From positions 8,194-72,193 of the forward strand of contig CAYVYJ010000002.1 of NCBI GenBank assembly GCA_964455085.1: DNA of 64,000 bases, written 5' to 3'. The notes under the pieces were generated by a model, which was not told the origin of the DNA, ran no database searches, and worked only from the letters and a program-made list of their open reading frames with translations. Numbering within the stretch: position 1 is the first letter of the stretch; every line of letters begins with the position of its first letter. This DNA is from an uncultured Planctomycetia bacterium. GTDB lineage: Bacteria; Omnitrophota; Gorgyraeia; Duberdicusellales; 4484-171. Shown here piece by piece: positions 9,010-19,005 of the stretch. The position numbers were made by a program, and so were the translations under genes.

Positions 9010-10185
9010 ATGAAGCTGACCTTCCTGAAAAGAAAACTTATGACAAGAGAGAATGACCAGGCCGGCCCTACTATTTTAGATAATCGTTATATAAAATGGG
9101 TGATTATTAATGGGGGTAAAATCAAAAATTACCTTCTAGAAAAGAAGAAAGATTTAACTGCCATGATAAAAAAGGCCTGCTCTGAGAGAGATTTTGCCTT
9201 CCTCAAGGATAAACTTATAACAAAAGAGGTTGAGAAGTCTGTGGTAGTTAATTTAGGTAATTGCTATATAAAGGGATTGATTATTGAGGGAGGTACGGTT
9301 AAAGATTATTTTATAGAAAAAAGGGGAGATCTAGCAACTACAATAAAAAAGATCTGGTCTGAGAGAAAGATCCCGGTTCGAAAAGTAAAGCTTTCGGTTA
9401 AAGATCCTTCCTGCCTGGTCAGATACTTCTCCTTCCCTAAGATGGATAGGAAGAAATTAAGCCAGGCACTCTTTTATGAGCTAAATAAACTTATTCCTTT
9501 CCCGCCGGATAATGTATACATTGACTTTTTTATCTTAGACGATACCTCCCCCACAGAGCTATCCATACTACTTGCTGTAGCCAAAAAAGATTTTGTCGAT
9601 AATATCATAAATGTTTTTGGAAAGGTTAATTTAAAAGTAATTGAGATTAATTTAGACAGCGTGTGCCTCACTAACCTTTTTTTGAATAATTATGGCGGCA
9701 ACAAAGAGGAAAATTATTGTATTTTAGATATAGGGTATAATTTCTCAACAATGACTATATTAAGTAAGGGTATTCCTTTTCTTACCCGTGATGTGAAGTT
9801 TAGCGCTAAAGAGATATTTCAGATTGCCTCACGGATAAGCAATAAATCACTCCCGGAGATAGAGAAACAACTGTTTTCTCCTAAAGGATACGATGAACTC
9901 CTAAAGTCAACCCGCGATAGTATTTCCAATTTTTGTACGGAATTGAAGAGCTCATTTGATTATTTTGAAGTTAATAAGGGAGAAACCATAAATAAGTTAT
10001 ATCTAAGCGGGGGGTTAGCTTCTGTAGGCGGCATAGAAGATGTCTTTATTGAAGCATTAGGCATAGAAGTAGGGCTCTTAAAGCCTTTCCCCCAAGGAGC
10101 CAACAATCTAAGTGAAGTTTTTTCTGGCAAGAAGTTCAGTGATTTTGAAAATAGCTTTTCTGTAGCTTTTGGTTTGATTTTATGA
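9010..10185 (+). CDS. pilM: Type IV pilus assembly protein PilM (actin-like ATPase fold) with an N-terminal partial internal duplication
   Basis: LDIGYNFSTMTILSKGIPFLTRDV and ...LSGGLASVGGIED... are typical of PilM; gene order pilMNOPQ; N-terminal repeat YIKWVIINGGKIKNYLLEKKKDLTAMIKK / YIKGLIIEGGTVKDYFIEKRGDLATTIKK. Confidence 0.75.
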   Translation: MKLTFLKRKLMTRENDQAGPTILDNRYIKWVIINGGKIKNYLLEKKKDLTAMIKKACSERDFAFLKDKLITKEVEKSVVVNLGNCYIKGLIIEGGTVKDYFIEKRGDLATTIKKIWSERKIPVRKVKLSVKDPSCLVRYFSFPKMDRKKLSQALFYELNKLIPFPPDNVYIDFFILDDTSPTELSILLAVAKKDFVDNIINVFGKVNLKVIEINLDSVCLTNLFLNNYGGNKEENYCILDIGYNFSTMTILSKGIPFLTRDVKFSAKEIFQIASRISNKSLPEIEKQLFSPKGYDELLKSTRDSISNFCTELKSSFDYFEVNKGETINKLYLSGGLASVGGIEDVFIEALGIEVGLLKPFPQGANNLSEVFSGKKFSDFENSFSVAFGLIL

Positions 10186-10745
10186 AAAGAATAGTTATAA
10201 ACTTAAGCCCCCAGAAAGAAACTGTTACTAGTGTTATTTCTCAAACCGTAGTCTCCTACGCTCCCTTGGTAGGGTTAACGGTAGTTTTGGTTGCAATTAT
10301 AATTTTCCTTCTGCAAATGGTTGTTTTTAAACAGACTTATGAATATGCTGGATATCATAAAAAATGGAAAGCCTGGGAAGGCAGACATAAAGAGATAAAA
10401 AGGATAAAGAACGGAATATCCAAATTAAAGAGGGAGAGGAAGGGGTTGGAGGAAGTAATAATCCCCGAGTATAATCTGGTACTTATTTTAAGCGACATTG
10501 CTTCTTCCTTGCCTGAAAATGTATGGTTTGAGGGGTTGGAGTTTAAGCAGGGAACTATTAATCTAAGAGGGTATGTGGTAAGGTGGGATGAGGACCATCT
10601 TGTATCTTTGGACGGTTTCATAAATTCTTTACGCGAAAAAAAGTATTTTTCGTCGAAATTTAAGAAAACAAATATTAAAGAATCTAAAAAGTCAGTTTTT
10701 AATAGCGTAGAGACGCTGAAATTTATTATCGAATGCGCAAAATAA
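10182..10745 (+). CDS. pilN: Type IV pilus assembly protein PilN
   Basis: N-terminal INL(S)P motif (MKRIVINLSPQKE), single TM helix, coiled coil; position after pilM. Confidence 0.75.
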   Translation: MKRIVINLSPQKETVTSVISQTVVSYAPLVGLTVVLVAIIIFLLQMVVFKQTYEYAGYHKKWKAWEGRHKEIKRIKNGISKLKRERKGLEEVIIPEYNLVLILSDIASSLPENVWFEGLEFKQGTINLRGYVVRWDEDHLVSLDGFINSLREKKYFSSKFKKTNIKESKKSVFNSVETLKFIIECAK

Positions 10746-11275
10746 ATTTGGATAGACAAACAGTTATTTTTATTACTTTGGCGACTATTTTAGCCGGAGA
10801 ATTGTTTATCCTGTTTCCCTGGGAGCTGAGGAAGATAAACACATTCACTGAAAGAATAGCCAAAATTGCTGAACGAATTAATTCTGTTGAAAATGAATGG
10901 CCGCAAAAGAAGAGATATCTGGAAAACCAAAAAAGGTTAAAAGCGGAAATCAAGAAAACACGAGAGGAATTTATTATAACTAACCAGGAGTCCAAACTGC
11001 TTTCTTTTATTTCTGCAAGCAGCAAAGATTTCGAGATTGAAATACAATCTCTTTCCCCTCAAGAGTTACAAACTTATGTCTCCACAAAGTTTGGCAAATT
11101 CAAGTATCTGCCAATCAAGGTCAAAGCAGATGGTAAATTTAATAATTTAGGGATGTTCTTAAATTTTCTCAACAACAGCCAGTATTTTTTTGAGGTTAAA
11201 GAATTAACTATATTGTCTGGCTCTCCTTCCAATTCAATAGAGATGGTAATATGCGGAGCTGTTGCGGTAAAATAA
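10733..11275 (+). CDS. pilO: Type IV pilus assembly protein PilO
   Basis: 180 aa, N-terminal TM helix plus coiled coil; position between pilN and pilP. Confidence 0.65.
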   Translation: MRKINLDRQTVIFITLATILAGELFILFPWELRKINTFTERIAKIAERINSVENEWPQKKRYLENQKRLKAEIKKTREEFIITNQESKLLSFISASSKDFEIEIQSLSPQELQTYVSTKFGKFKYLPIKVKADGKFNNLGMFLNFLNNSQYFFEVKELTILSGSPSNSIEMVICGAVAVK

Positions 11276-11619
11276 GCTTTATTTTCTTCATTGGTTTTTT
11301 GTCTTTAATATCGATTTATCCGGCTTTTTCTCAAGAGGATAAACACACTTTTGATAGTGGAGGCAGGGATCTATTCACTCCTTTAGTCAGCAAAAATGGC
11401 ACTATATTAATCTGGCGGGAAATCGACTTAAATGGTCTAACCCTAAAAGGTATAATTTATTCCCAGGAAGCGCCGGTAGCTATCGTTAATGATGAGGTGT
11501 TGGAGCCGGGGGCAACTATTGGCGAATATCGCGTTTTTGAGATAGAAGAGAAGAGGATTATTTTAAAAAAAGGCAATGAAGAATTTATTTTAGAATTAGA
11601 AGAGGAGGAAAAATTATGA
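11251..11619 (+). CDS. pilP: PilP-like lipoprotein (secretin-interacting beta-sandwich)
   Basis: Signal peptide/lipobox-like N-terminus; C-terminal IIYSQEAPVAIVNDEVLEPGATIGEYRVFEIE resembles the PilP/GspC HR domain; immediately upstream of the secretin. Confidence 0.6.
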   Translation: MRSCCGKISFIFFIGFLSLISIYPAFSQEDKHTFDSGGRDLFTPLVSKNGTILIWREIDLNGLTLKGIIYSQEAPVAIVNDEVLEPGATIGEYRVFEIEEKRIILKKGNEEFILELEEEEKL

Positions 11620-13148
11620 TAAAAAAAATAAAGAAAAAAGGAATAAGAATGAAGATAGAACTCTCATTGATATTATTTCTTTTTTGTTTTCTGTTCCCTG
11701 TTTCTGCTCAAAACAATGAACCGATTCCGGTTATTAAGTTTAAGAATGCTGACATCAGGGTAGTACTACAATCAATAGCCCAGAAAGCATTCCGGGATGG
11801 CGAAAAGATAAACATTGTAATTAGTCCAAATGTAGTGGGCCTGGTTAGCATAAATTTAGAGAATGTTAATTGGCTCTCTACTTTGGAGGCAGTCTTGAGA
11901 CCCTATGATTATAGTTACGAGTGGATAGGGGATACTATACTCTTGGTGGATACTACTGAGAAGATAAAGGAAAGAGAGGCTTTAGCTAAAGAAAGAGAAG
12001 ACATAGAGCCTGTTCGGACTAGGGTTTTTAAACTAAAATATATCGATGCCAATGATGCTAAAAAGACGATTGAACCCCTTCTGTCTCCTATCGGGAGGAT
12101 TTCAGTATTAGAAGTTACTGGCCAAGCCGGTTGGGAATTTGGTGTGGATATCACCAAGCGGTCTCGGGCTAAAGAAGGTAAGTCTTCACGGACCAAAACC
12201 CTGATCATTTCAGACATATCTAAAAAATTAGAGGAGGTAGATGCTTTGATCAGGAAAATTGATATTATGCCTAGGCAAATTCTGATTGAAGCAAAAATTA
12301 TGGAAATAAATCGGGATTTCTTAAAAGATATTGGTTTTAACTGGGGGACCGGTACTACCGGAGCAACAGCATCGGCAATTCAGCCTATTGATGCAGATAA
12401 GGTAGGCGGTGATGTTGCATCTCAGGTTGGTGCCCGGGTAGTCCCGCCGGCTACTTCTGCATTTGGTCCCAAGCAAACTAACTTAGATGCCACTGATTTT
12501 CAATTTCTCTATAAAAAACTTACCGGTTCGACATTTGAGGTAATCCTCAGCGCTTTGGAGGAAGATGTTAATACTAAAACTCTTTCTGCGCCTAACATCT
12601 TAACTTTAGATGGTCAGGAAGCTTCTATGTTGATCGGAGAGAAATTCCCGATAGTAAAAACAGAGGTTAGTACCGAAACTTCTCAGATTACCGGAGGTTC
12701 GTTAGATTACTATCAGGATATCGGAATACAGCTTAATGTGGTTCCTCAGATTTCCGGTCAAGACGGCGATTTTATAAATATGATAATTCATCCGGCAGTT
12801 ACCAGTTCTTCTGAAACTATTAAGATAAAAGATCAAAATCTGGTGACCCTTGTAGAGTATCCCCGGATAACTTCTCGTGAGGTCGAAACCCAAATATTAA
12901 TAAAGGACGGGGAGACAATTGCTATCGGCGGTCTCTATAAAGATCTAATTTCTGAAGCCGTAATCGGCGTTCCGATTTTAAGCAAGCTTCCTTTAATCGG
13001 TCGCTTTTTTAGGCGGGAAACCAAAGATATTGAGCGAATAGACTTAGTAATTTTTATTACAGCTAAACTGGTTGAACCGGGTGCGTTGGCCCCGGCGAAT
13101 GTCGTAGACCATGAAAAATTTATAAAAAAATTTAAAAAGGTGAGGTAA
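11616..13148 (+). CDS. pilQ: Secretin PilQ/GspD family outer-membrane channel
   Basis: Signal peptide, secretin N-domain, conserved C-domain (VVPQISGQDGDFINMIIHPAVTSS...TQILIKDGETIAIGGL...IGVPILSKLPLIGRFF). Confidence 0.9.
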   Translation: MIKKIKKKGIRMKIELSLILFLFCFLFPVSAQNNEPIPVIKFKNADIRVVLQSIAQKAFRDGEKINIVISPNVVGLVSINLENVNWLSTLEAVLRPYDYSYEWIGDTILLVDTTEKIKEREALAKEREDIEPVRTRVFKLKYIDANDAKKTIEPLLSPIGRISVLEVTGQAGWEFGVDITKRSRAKEGKSSRTKTLIISDISKKLEEVDALIRKIDIMPRQILIEAKIMEINRDFLKDIGFNWGTGTTGATASAIQPIDADKVGGDVASQVGARVVPPATSAFGPKQTNLDATDFQFLYKKLTGSTFEVILSALEEDVNTKTLSAPNILTLDGQEASMLIGEKFPIVKTEVSTETSQITGGSLDYYQDIGIQLNVVPQISGQDGDFINMIIHPAVTSSSETIKIKDQNLVTLVEYPRITSREVETQILIKDGETIAIGGLYKDLISEAVIGVPILSKLPLIGRFFRRETKDIERIDLVIFITAKLVEPGALAPANVVDHEKFIKKFKKVR

Positions 13149-13179
13149 TTTTTTAAGTTACTTTTAAAATTAGACCAAT

Positions 13180-13977
13180 ATGTATTTTGAATTGTACAAC
13201 CTAAAAAGCTCTCCCTTTAACATAACCAGTGATCCTCAATACTTTTTTGAAAGCCTATCTCATAAACAAGCCTTAGCTGCCCTTTTATATGGTATCCAGG
13301 AGAGAAAAGGAATCATTCTAATTACTGGAGAGGTAGGCACAGGAAAAACAACTCTTTGTAAGGTTCTCTTAAAACGTCTACCCTCGAATGTTAGAACCTC
13401 CCTGATTCTCAACCCCTATTTTAGCGAGGTCCAGCTCCTACGGGCAATAGTTGAGGATTTCGGTTTAAAACTGGAGAAGAGGAGCCGTTTGGATATCGTG
13501 GAGAAATTAAATTCTTTCTTGGTAGATGTTAGTTTGTTAGGAGAGAACGCAGTCCTAATTATCGATGAAGCCCAGAATCTAACGAACCGCCAGCTAGAAC
13601 AAATCAGACTTCTTTCTAATCTCGAGACAGCTAAAGAAAAATTATTGCAAATTATTCTTGTCGGACAGCCAGAATTAAAAGACAAGCTCAATAAATTTAA
13701 TTTAAGACAGATCCGGCAGAGAGTTTTTGTAAAGCAGAATATTTTTCCTTTAAAGGAAGAAGAGGTGCAAAAATACGTAGAGTTCAGGCTGAAGCTTTCC
13801 GGGTCGACAGAAATTAATATTTTGCCGGAAGGTTATAAGGTGATTTATGATTTTTCTAAAGGTATCCCTCGTTTAATTAATATGATTTGTGACCGCGTGC
13901 TGCTTTTAGGTTTTGTCCGGGATAGTAAAGTTTTTGACCAAGAGATGTTTAAGGCTTGCGTGGAGGAGCTTTTATGA
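13180..13977 (+). CDS. ExeA/GspA/MshM-like AAA+ ATPase (secretin assembly factor)
   Basis: Walker A GEVGTGKTT, Walker B LIIDEAQNL; 265 aa AAA domain only; location after the secretin. Confidence 0.75.
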   Translation: MYFELYNLKSSPFNITSDPQYFFESLSHKQALAALLYGIQERKGIILITGEVGTGKTTLCKVLLKRLPSNVRTSLILNPYFSEVQLLRAIVEDFGLKLEKRSRLDIVEKLNSFLVDVSLLGENAVLIIDEAQNLTNRQLEQIRLLSNLETAKEKLLQIILVGQPELKDKLNKFNLRQIRQRVFVKQNIFPLKEEEVQKYVEFRLKLSGSTEINILPEGYKVIYDFSKGIPRLINMICDRVLLLGFVRDSKVFDQEMFKACVEELL

Positions 13978-14501
13978 GTATAGTCTATGATGCCTTGAAA
14001 AAGGTTGAGAGCCAAAAGACCCCTTGGCTTATTAAGAGTATTCGCGGCAGCGTTTCTGAAGAGGCGAAACCACCACTCCTGATAAAGGAGAAGAAAGCAT
14101 CTCTTCGGGAGAAAACTATTCTTTTCTCTTCATTAGGAATCTTGATAGTTTTAAGCTTACTTTTTTTACATAGCAAGTTAACTGGATCAAGAAGGGAATC
14201 AGGAATTTTAACTTCTCGGACGCAGGCGGTAACCCAGGCTAATCCAGCTAAAAGTTATGCCGACCTAGAATTTGGGGATGAGGCCACCGGAGAGGTAGTT
14301 TCAGAAGATGGTTTAGTTAAGAAGTATACTCTTGAAGGGATTGTTTACGATAGAGAAAGCTCTTTTGCAATTATTAACGGCAGAGTTAAAAATGAGTTAG
14401 ACCTATTAGGCGATTTTCGTATAGATAAAATCAGCGAAGATACGGTAGAGATGTTCAGCATTAAGGATAATCGCAAATTAACTCTTTCCTTGCCTTATTA
14501 A
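13974..14501 (+). CDS. Small single-pass membrane protein with PilP/GspB-like C-terminal domain (ExeB/MshN-position partner)
   Basis: ATG at 13974 overlaps the upstream stop (ATGA); TM helix ILFSSLGILIVLSLLFL; C-terminal SFAIINGRVKNELDLLGDFRIDKISEDTVEMF resembles the PilP/GspC HR fold. Confidence 0.5.
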   Translation: MSIVYDALKKVESQKTPWLIKSIRGSVSEEAKPPLLIKEKKASLREKTILFSSLGILIVLSLLFLHSKLTGSRRESGILTSRTQAVTQANPAKSYADLEFGDEATGEVVSEDGLVKKYTLEGIVYDRESSFAIINGRVKNELDLLGDFRIDKISEDTVEMFSIKDNRKLTLSLPY

Positions 14502-14528
14502 CCGGCCAAGGAATGATTTTTAAATTGG

Positions 14529-16070
14529 TTATTTTAAGAAGTCTTTGAAAAGGTCTTTGACTTTATCAAAGTTCTCTAAAGCTGGGATTAGCGAAACTTT
14601 GATATTGTATCGGGGGTTTTTGAGAGTTCCTTTAACCTCAATCGATAAACTACCTCCACCCAGGAGGGTAGTCAGGTATTTTTGTAAGCCTTTTGATGAA
14701 TCGATAAGTTGTTGGCTAAATTGAGGGAGCAGTAGAAAATCAAGGCTACCTTGCCAAGTTATCTTTCCACTGCCTTCTATGTTCATTTGAGTCGCGTTTA
14801 GCTGAAAGTTTTCAAAAACAATGTCTTCTCCCCTAAACAAGAGGTCGCTATAGGCCCTTTTAAATACTAGGTTATCAAATCCGGGGATGGACAAGAATTT
14901 TCCCAAGCCCTTTAAGAAATTTATTTGCCAGATATTCCCTTCGCTAATAACGATCTGGCCCTCACCGCTTAACTCCTTCCACTGGAAGAAATCTACATTC
15001 TTTAAGTGAGTCACAAGGGATAATTTCCCAGAGCTTTCCTGCCCCTTTACATCTAGTTCACTTATAGCTTGGGCAATGTCGATATTATCAGCAGTTAAGT
15101 ATAAGCTTCCCCTCTTATTGGAAGTATTTAATAGCGCTTGAAGCTCAATTCCCCCCCCACTCAGAGCTGCTAAGCAGACAAGAGTGAGTTTATTCCCCTT
15201 TTTTACGAGGTCAAATCTCAAATCAGTTACTTTCGATTTTTGAATTTTTAACTCGCTAGAAGCACCGCTGAGTTCAAGTTGTCCTTCCTCCTCAAGGGTA
15301 TTTTTGCGAAGCGTAAATCTTACTTCCAAGTGTCCCTGGGGATTCAACTTAGATATTGCCGGCGATTTTAATCCCAAGCTATCTAGAGTCGCCACGATAT
15401 CAGCCAGATTCAAGCGGCCTTCTCCCCGAACATTTAACCGGGGTTCCTTAATGTCTATTTTTGCCTGAGTTTGGATTTTTGTATCTTTACCTTGGATAAA
15501 GAACTTACTTACTTCAAGTATTTTTCCCTTGCGTTGGGCCTCGGCCTTTAAATCCCAAAGATTATTAGTGATGGTTAAAGCTATTTTAGGTGATGAAAAA
15601 TTTTCCAATCGGCCGGTTATCCCAAAAGGAACATTTTTGTAAATCAAGCCTCCTTTATTTAAGAGTAATTCGTCTTTTTTAAGAAAACCCTTAATCTGTA
15701 TTGCACTGACGCTCTTAAGTTTAGAGAAGTATCCATCTTTGATTTGATAGTTAATATGGTAGTCAAGTCCTTGCTGGGGCAAGTTTAAGTAGCCTAAAAG
15801 TTTTATATCTCCTTTAAAGGTTACATCTTGCTGAGCGAGGTTAAGTTCCCTGACTTCCAGCTCACCCTTTAAGGAGTAGGTTTTTCCTGCTTCTAGGTCA
15901 ATATCTCCCTTCTTTATATAGCCACCCAGGGGCAGTGCTATGTGTTGGCCGAGATTGTTGAGGTCAAAATCTTTGAGCAATACTTTTACCTTCAAAGAGT
16001 TGTTGCTAGAGTCGCAGCGACCGGTTAAATTTATTTTATCCAGAAGCGATAATTCAAAACTCAAGGTCAA
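14529..16070 (-). CDS. AsmA-family-like outer-membrane biogenesis protein; N-terminal membrane anchor appears to be encoded upstream of the first canonical start (true start possibly ATT near 16205)
   Basis: Beta-rich 513-aa protein with AsmA-like C-terminal region; the in-frame upstream extension encodes KKLPLFFTATLSFGLLLFLAEA after an AGAGGGAG Shine-Dalgarno but contains no ATG/GTG/TTG. Confidence 0.45.
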   Translation of the reverse strand: MTLSFELSLLDKINLTGRCDSSNNSLKVKVLLKDFDLNNLGQHIALPLGGYIKKGDIDLEAGKTYSLKGELEVRELNLAQQDVTFKGDIKLLGYLNLPQQGLDYHINYQIKDGYFSKLKSVSAIQIKGFLKKDELLLNKGGLIYKNVPFGITGRLENFSSPKIALTITNNLWDLKAEAQRKGKILEVSKFFIQGKDTKIQTQAKIDIKEPRLNVRGEGRLNLADIVATLDSLGLKSPAISKLNPQGHLEVRFTLRKNTLEEEGQLELSGASSELKIQKSKVTDLRFDLVKKGNKLTLVCLAALSGGGIELQALLNTSNKRGSLYLTADNIDIAQAISELDVKGQESSGKLSLVTHLKNVDFFQWKELSGEGQIVISEGNIWQINFLKGLGKFLSIPGFDNLVFKRAYSDLLFRGEDIVFENFQLNATQMNIEGSGKITWQGSLDFLLLPQFSQQLIDSSKGLQKYLTTLLGGGSLSIEVKGTLKNPRYNIKVSLIPALENFDKVKDLFKDFLK

Positions 16071-16252
16071 CGGTTCCCTTAGGTCGATAACGATAGATAT
16101 GCTGGCCGGATTTTTTTTATCTAAAGGTTTAGCTTCGGCTAGAAAGAGGAGGAGACCAAAACTAAGCGTTGCTGTAAAAAATAGTGGTAATTTCTTTACT
16201 AAAATTATTTTTCTCCCTCTAGAATGAAGTTTAAGTGTTTTTCGGCCAAGAC

Positions 16253-18892
16253 TTAGGCCAAGTATACCGTAAGGTTGAGTTCTTTTTTCTTTATCTCATT
16301 TAACTGATCTCTCTTTATAATATAGCTATGGTTAGTTTGGGAAACTTTTTTTCCCTCTAAAAGCACCTTTTTTATCTGGGAGCTTTTTCCCTTCATATAG
16401 GTGATTCTAACTATTTTCCCTGATTGGACTAATTTGACTTCAATAGTCCTTTTGCGAAAATCTAAAGGCGTAAGTTTTGGAGACAAAACAAGATTCCCGA
16501 GAGCAGACTGCACCCCTAATATTTCTTCTATCAAGGTGTGAACATACCAACTTGCTGAGCCAGTAAGATAAAGATAAAGACCGGATCCTGAATTATTAAA
16601 GTACTCCGGGATTAGGGGGTATATTTTGGCTTTAGGGCTTGTAGCCATCTTATAAATAGAAGCAAATACTTGGGAACCTTCTTTTGTGAAACCGCGGCGA
16701 TATAAGGCGTTAGCCAACATCACTACCATGTGGTTAAAAAAAGCCCCGTTTTCTTTCTCACCCCAAGAGAAAGAAAAGGCTCTTCCCAGATCAAGATAAG
16801 AGGGACCAAAGTTTGTATTGAGCCGAAAACCACCCAGAGCCTTATCTTTAAGATGTTTTTTAATCGAAACCCAGGTTTTTTTAATCTGACTGGGTGTGGC
16901 TATTCCGCTCATTATGGCAAAAACCTGAGAGGCCAGTTCAATTCTTACGCCCTTCTTTGATCGGCCCCCGACTGGCCTACCCTTATTATCGTAGTAACCG
17001 TTAAAGAATCCTGAACTAAACCACTCTTTCTCCTGCAGCCACCGGGAGAGGTGTTTGCTTTTTCTCTCTAAATCATAAATTAACCGTTCAATTCTTACCT
17101 TCTTTTTCTGGCCGCTTATATTTTTAGATATTTCAAGATATCTTTCCAACCTTTTTTGTTTAGCCCTAAAATTATTATAGTCTATGGGTTTATTTATTTG
17201 GTCCAGGAGAATAAACAACTCTTTCATTAAGGATACTTGCTTTGTTTTTTTACTTAAGCAGTTCAAGAGTAAACATATACTTTTTAGATTATGGGCATAC
17301 ATAAAACTAAAACTAACACTCTCGCCTAATTCCGCTGCCATATCCAGGCCATCATTCCAATCGGCGTTTTCCAGACGGATAATATTATGCTGGCCAACAT
17401 TGAAAAAGGAAGTCAAGTGTTGAATCAACAGGTGTTCTAAGATGCTGCCTTTATAAATTTTGCCCCCACTGGCCCGCAAGTAAAAATCTTTTTGAGAGAA
17501 GTTTAAGTCTATTTCTTTTGCTCTCTTTAAGAGGTGGTCACGAAAGTACGTAGTGTTTTTATTAAGGATGCCTAGATCTCCGGTCTTGTCAATATATAAG
17601 CCCAAAGTAAGTAGCGGCCAGATACCATGGTCAGACCAGACTCGGCTGATTTTATTCCGGTCAGTGATAAAACCACCAGATTTAGTTATTATTGTGGCAT
17701 TTGAACCGTCGACTCTGATTCCCTTGAAACTATTCAAGAGAAAAGTTTTTGCTTTAGCTGGTTCATTAAGCAGAAGGGTTAAAGCGTCCTGCCAGAGGTC
17801 CCGCCAGCCCCTACCGCCTTTTCCATAATCGAAGTGAGGTAGGAATGAACAGCCGAATAGTTTGCGTAAGGTCGGCTGTAGCTTGACCCAGAGGAGCCAG
17901 TTATTAAAATTGCGGTCTTTAAAGTCAAAGTTAACCCTTGAGAGGTAATCAAACCAGTATTTTTTAGTTTCTTCCAGGCTCCTTTTGACTTTGGCCGGAG
18001 TGTTTAGCCGCTTAAAGATGCCCATTATTCGCTGGTGAGGATTTCCCTTTAAGCCAGAATCAATTCCCATAATCAGAAAGTAATTTACACTTTCATTCCT
18101 GGCTAGTCTTCGGCAGTTGAACCTAAATGCAGCCAGGGCTTCTTGACCTTGGAATTCTGGTTTGTTTTCTTTAGCTGGTTTTAATTTTTCTTCTAAGCTT
18201 TGGGGATTAAGTAAACTTCCTGTACCAGAGAAGTAATCAAGAGTAGGGAATTGTCCCTGAGGCGCAATTGTTTTGTCTTGGAATCCCAGACAGAAATAAG
18301 TAGTTTCATTCACTTGGTGGCCTTTCTCGTTAAAACTGAGAGTTGGTTTAAGAAATATCCCATACTTATCGAGATGGATACGGTTGAGCAGGCTACTTAC
18401 ATGGCGATGGTCTCTTAAGTTTCGTTCGCCTCTTCCGTAAAAAGGAATCAGGGAAGTAGGAGTAATTTTTACACTTCTTGAGCCCCGGTTAATTATCTTA
18501 ACCGACATCACCTCAACGCCTAGGTTGTGGGGGACGAAGTTTAAGATTTCTATATCCAGTGAATTCGCTTTTTTTATTAGCTTATGGTAAAGAAAGCCTA
18601 TCTCTAGGGTGTCTTTGTAGGAGGATGATAATCTTAGTAACTTTCTCGGTCTTCCTTTAGATTCTAGGTCGATAAAGAAATCTCGACGGCAAAGAAGGTT
18701 ATTTTTTATGTCTACAATGCTGGCTGGCGGGGTGAGAAAATGCTGATTATCGGCTTTTATGTCCCCACCTAAATTAGGGCTGATTGAGCTTAAAATACTG
18801 CCGTCTTTATTGGTAAGCGGAAAGTAGAGCTTATACTTTTGAGGGTCCTTAACCCTAAAAGTTCCTTTATTGTCAATAAATTTATAAATCAT
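16253..18892 (-). CDS. Glycoside hydrolase family 94-type glycoside phosphorylase (cellobiose/chitobiose/beta-1,2-glucan phosphorylase-like)
   Basis: 879 aa; contains the GH94 catalytic-region signature ...RLENADWNDGLDM... (cf. GRADWNDCLN of cellobiose phosphorylases) and the overall size of that family. Confidence 0.6.
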   Translation of the reverse strand: MIYKFIDNKGTFRVKDPQKYKLYFPLTNKDGSILSSISPNLGGDIKADNQHFLTPPASIVDIKNNLLCRRDFFIDLESKGRPRKLLRLSSSYKDTLEIGFLYHKLIKKANSLDIEILNFVPHNLGVEVMSVKIINRGSRSVKITPTSLIPFYGRGERNLRDHRHVSSLLNRIHLDKYGIFLKPTLSFNEKGHQVNETTYFCLGFQDKTIAPQGQFPTLDYFSGTGSLLNPQSLEEKLKPAKENKPEFQGQEALAAFRFNCRRLARNESVNYFLIMGIDSGLKGNPHQRIMGIFKRLNTPAKVKRSLEETKKYWFDYLSRVNFDFKDRNFNNWLLWVKLQPTLRKLFGCSFLPHFDYGKGGRGWRDLWQDALTLLLNEPAKAKTFLLNSFKGIRVDGSNATIITKSGGFITDRNKISRVWSDHGIWPLLTLGLYIDKTGDLGILNKNTTYFRDHLLKRAKEIDLNFSQKDFYLRASGGKIYKGSILEHLLIQHLTSFFNVGQHNIIRLENADWNDGLDMAAELGESVSFSFMYAHNLKSICLLLNCLSKKTKQVSLMKELFILLDQINKPIDYNNFRAKQKRLERYLEISKNISGQKKKVRIERLIYDLERKSKHLSRWLQEKEWFSSGFFNGYYDNKGRPVGGRSKKGVRIELASQVFAIMSGIATPSQIKKTWVSIKKHLKDKALGGFRLNTNFGPSYLDLGRAFSFSWGEKENGAFFNHMVVMLANALYRRGFTKEGSQVFASIYKMATSPKAKIYPLIPEYFNNSGSGLYLYLTGSASWYVHTLIEEILGVQSALGNLVLSPKLTPLDFRKRTIEVKLVQSGKIVRITYMKGKSSQIKKVLLEGKKVSQTNHSYIIKRDQLNEIKKKELNLTVYLA

Positions 18893-19005
18893 CTGAGGTA
18901 TATTCTACAACAAATCCTGTCTTTTTCAATAATTGGTTAAAGCTCAGCCTAAGTTAGGAAAATAGGGTAGCTTTTTAAAGACATTCTGATATAATTTTAA
19001 ACAGA

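Noticed and set aside
15940-16227. 95-aa plus-strand ORF between the two minus-strand genes
   Set aside because: It overlaps the 5' end and the likely N-terminal anchor-coding region of the minus-strand AsmA-like gene. It has no RBS or motifs.
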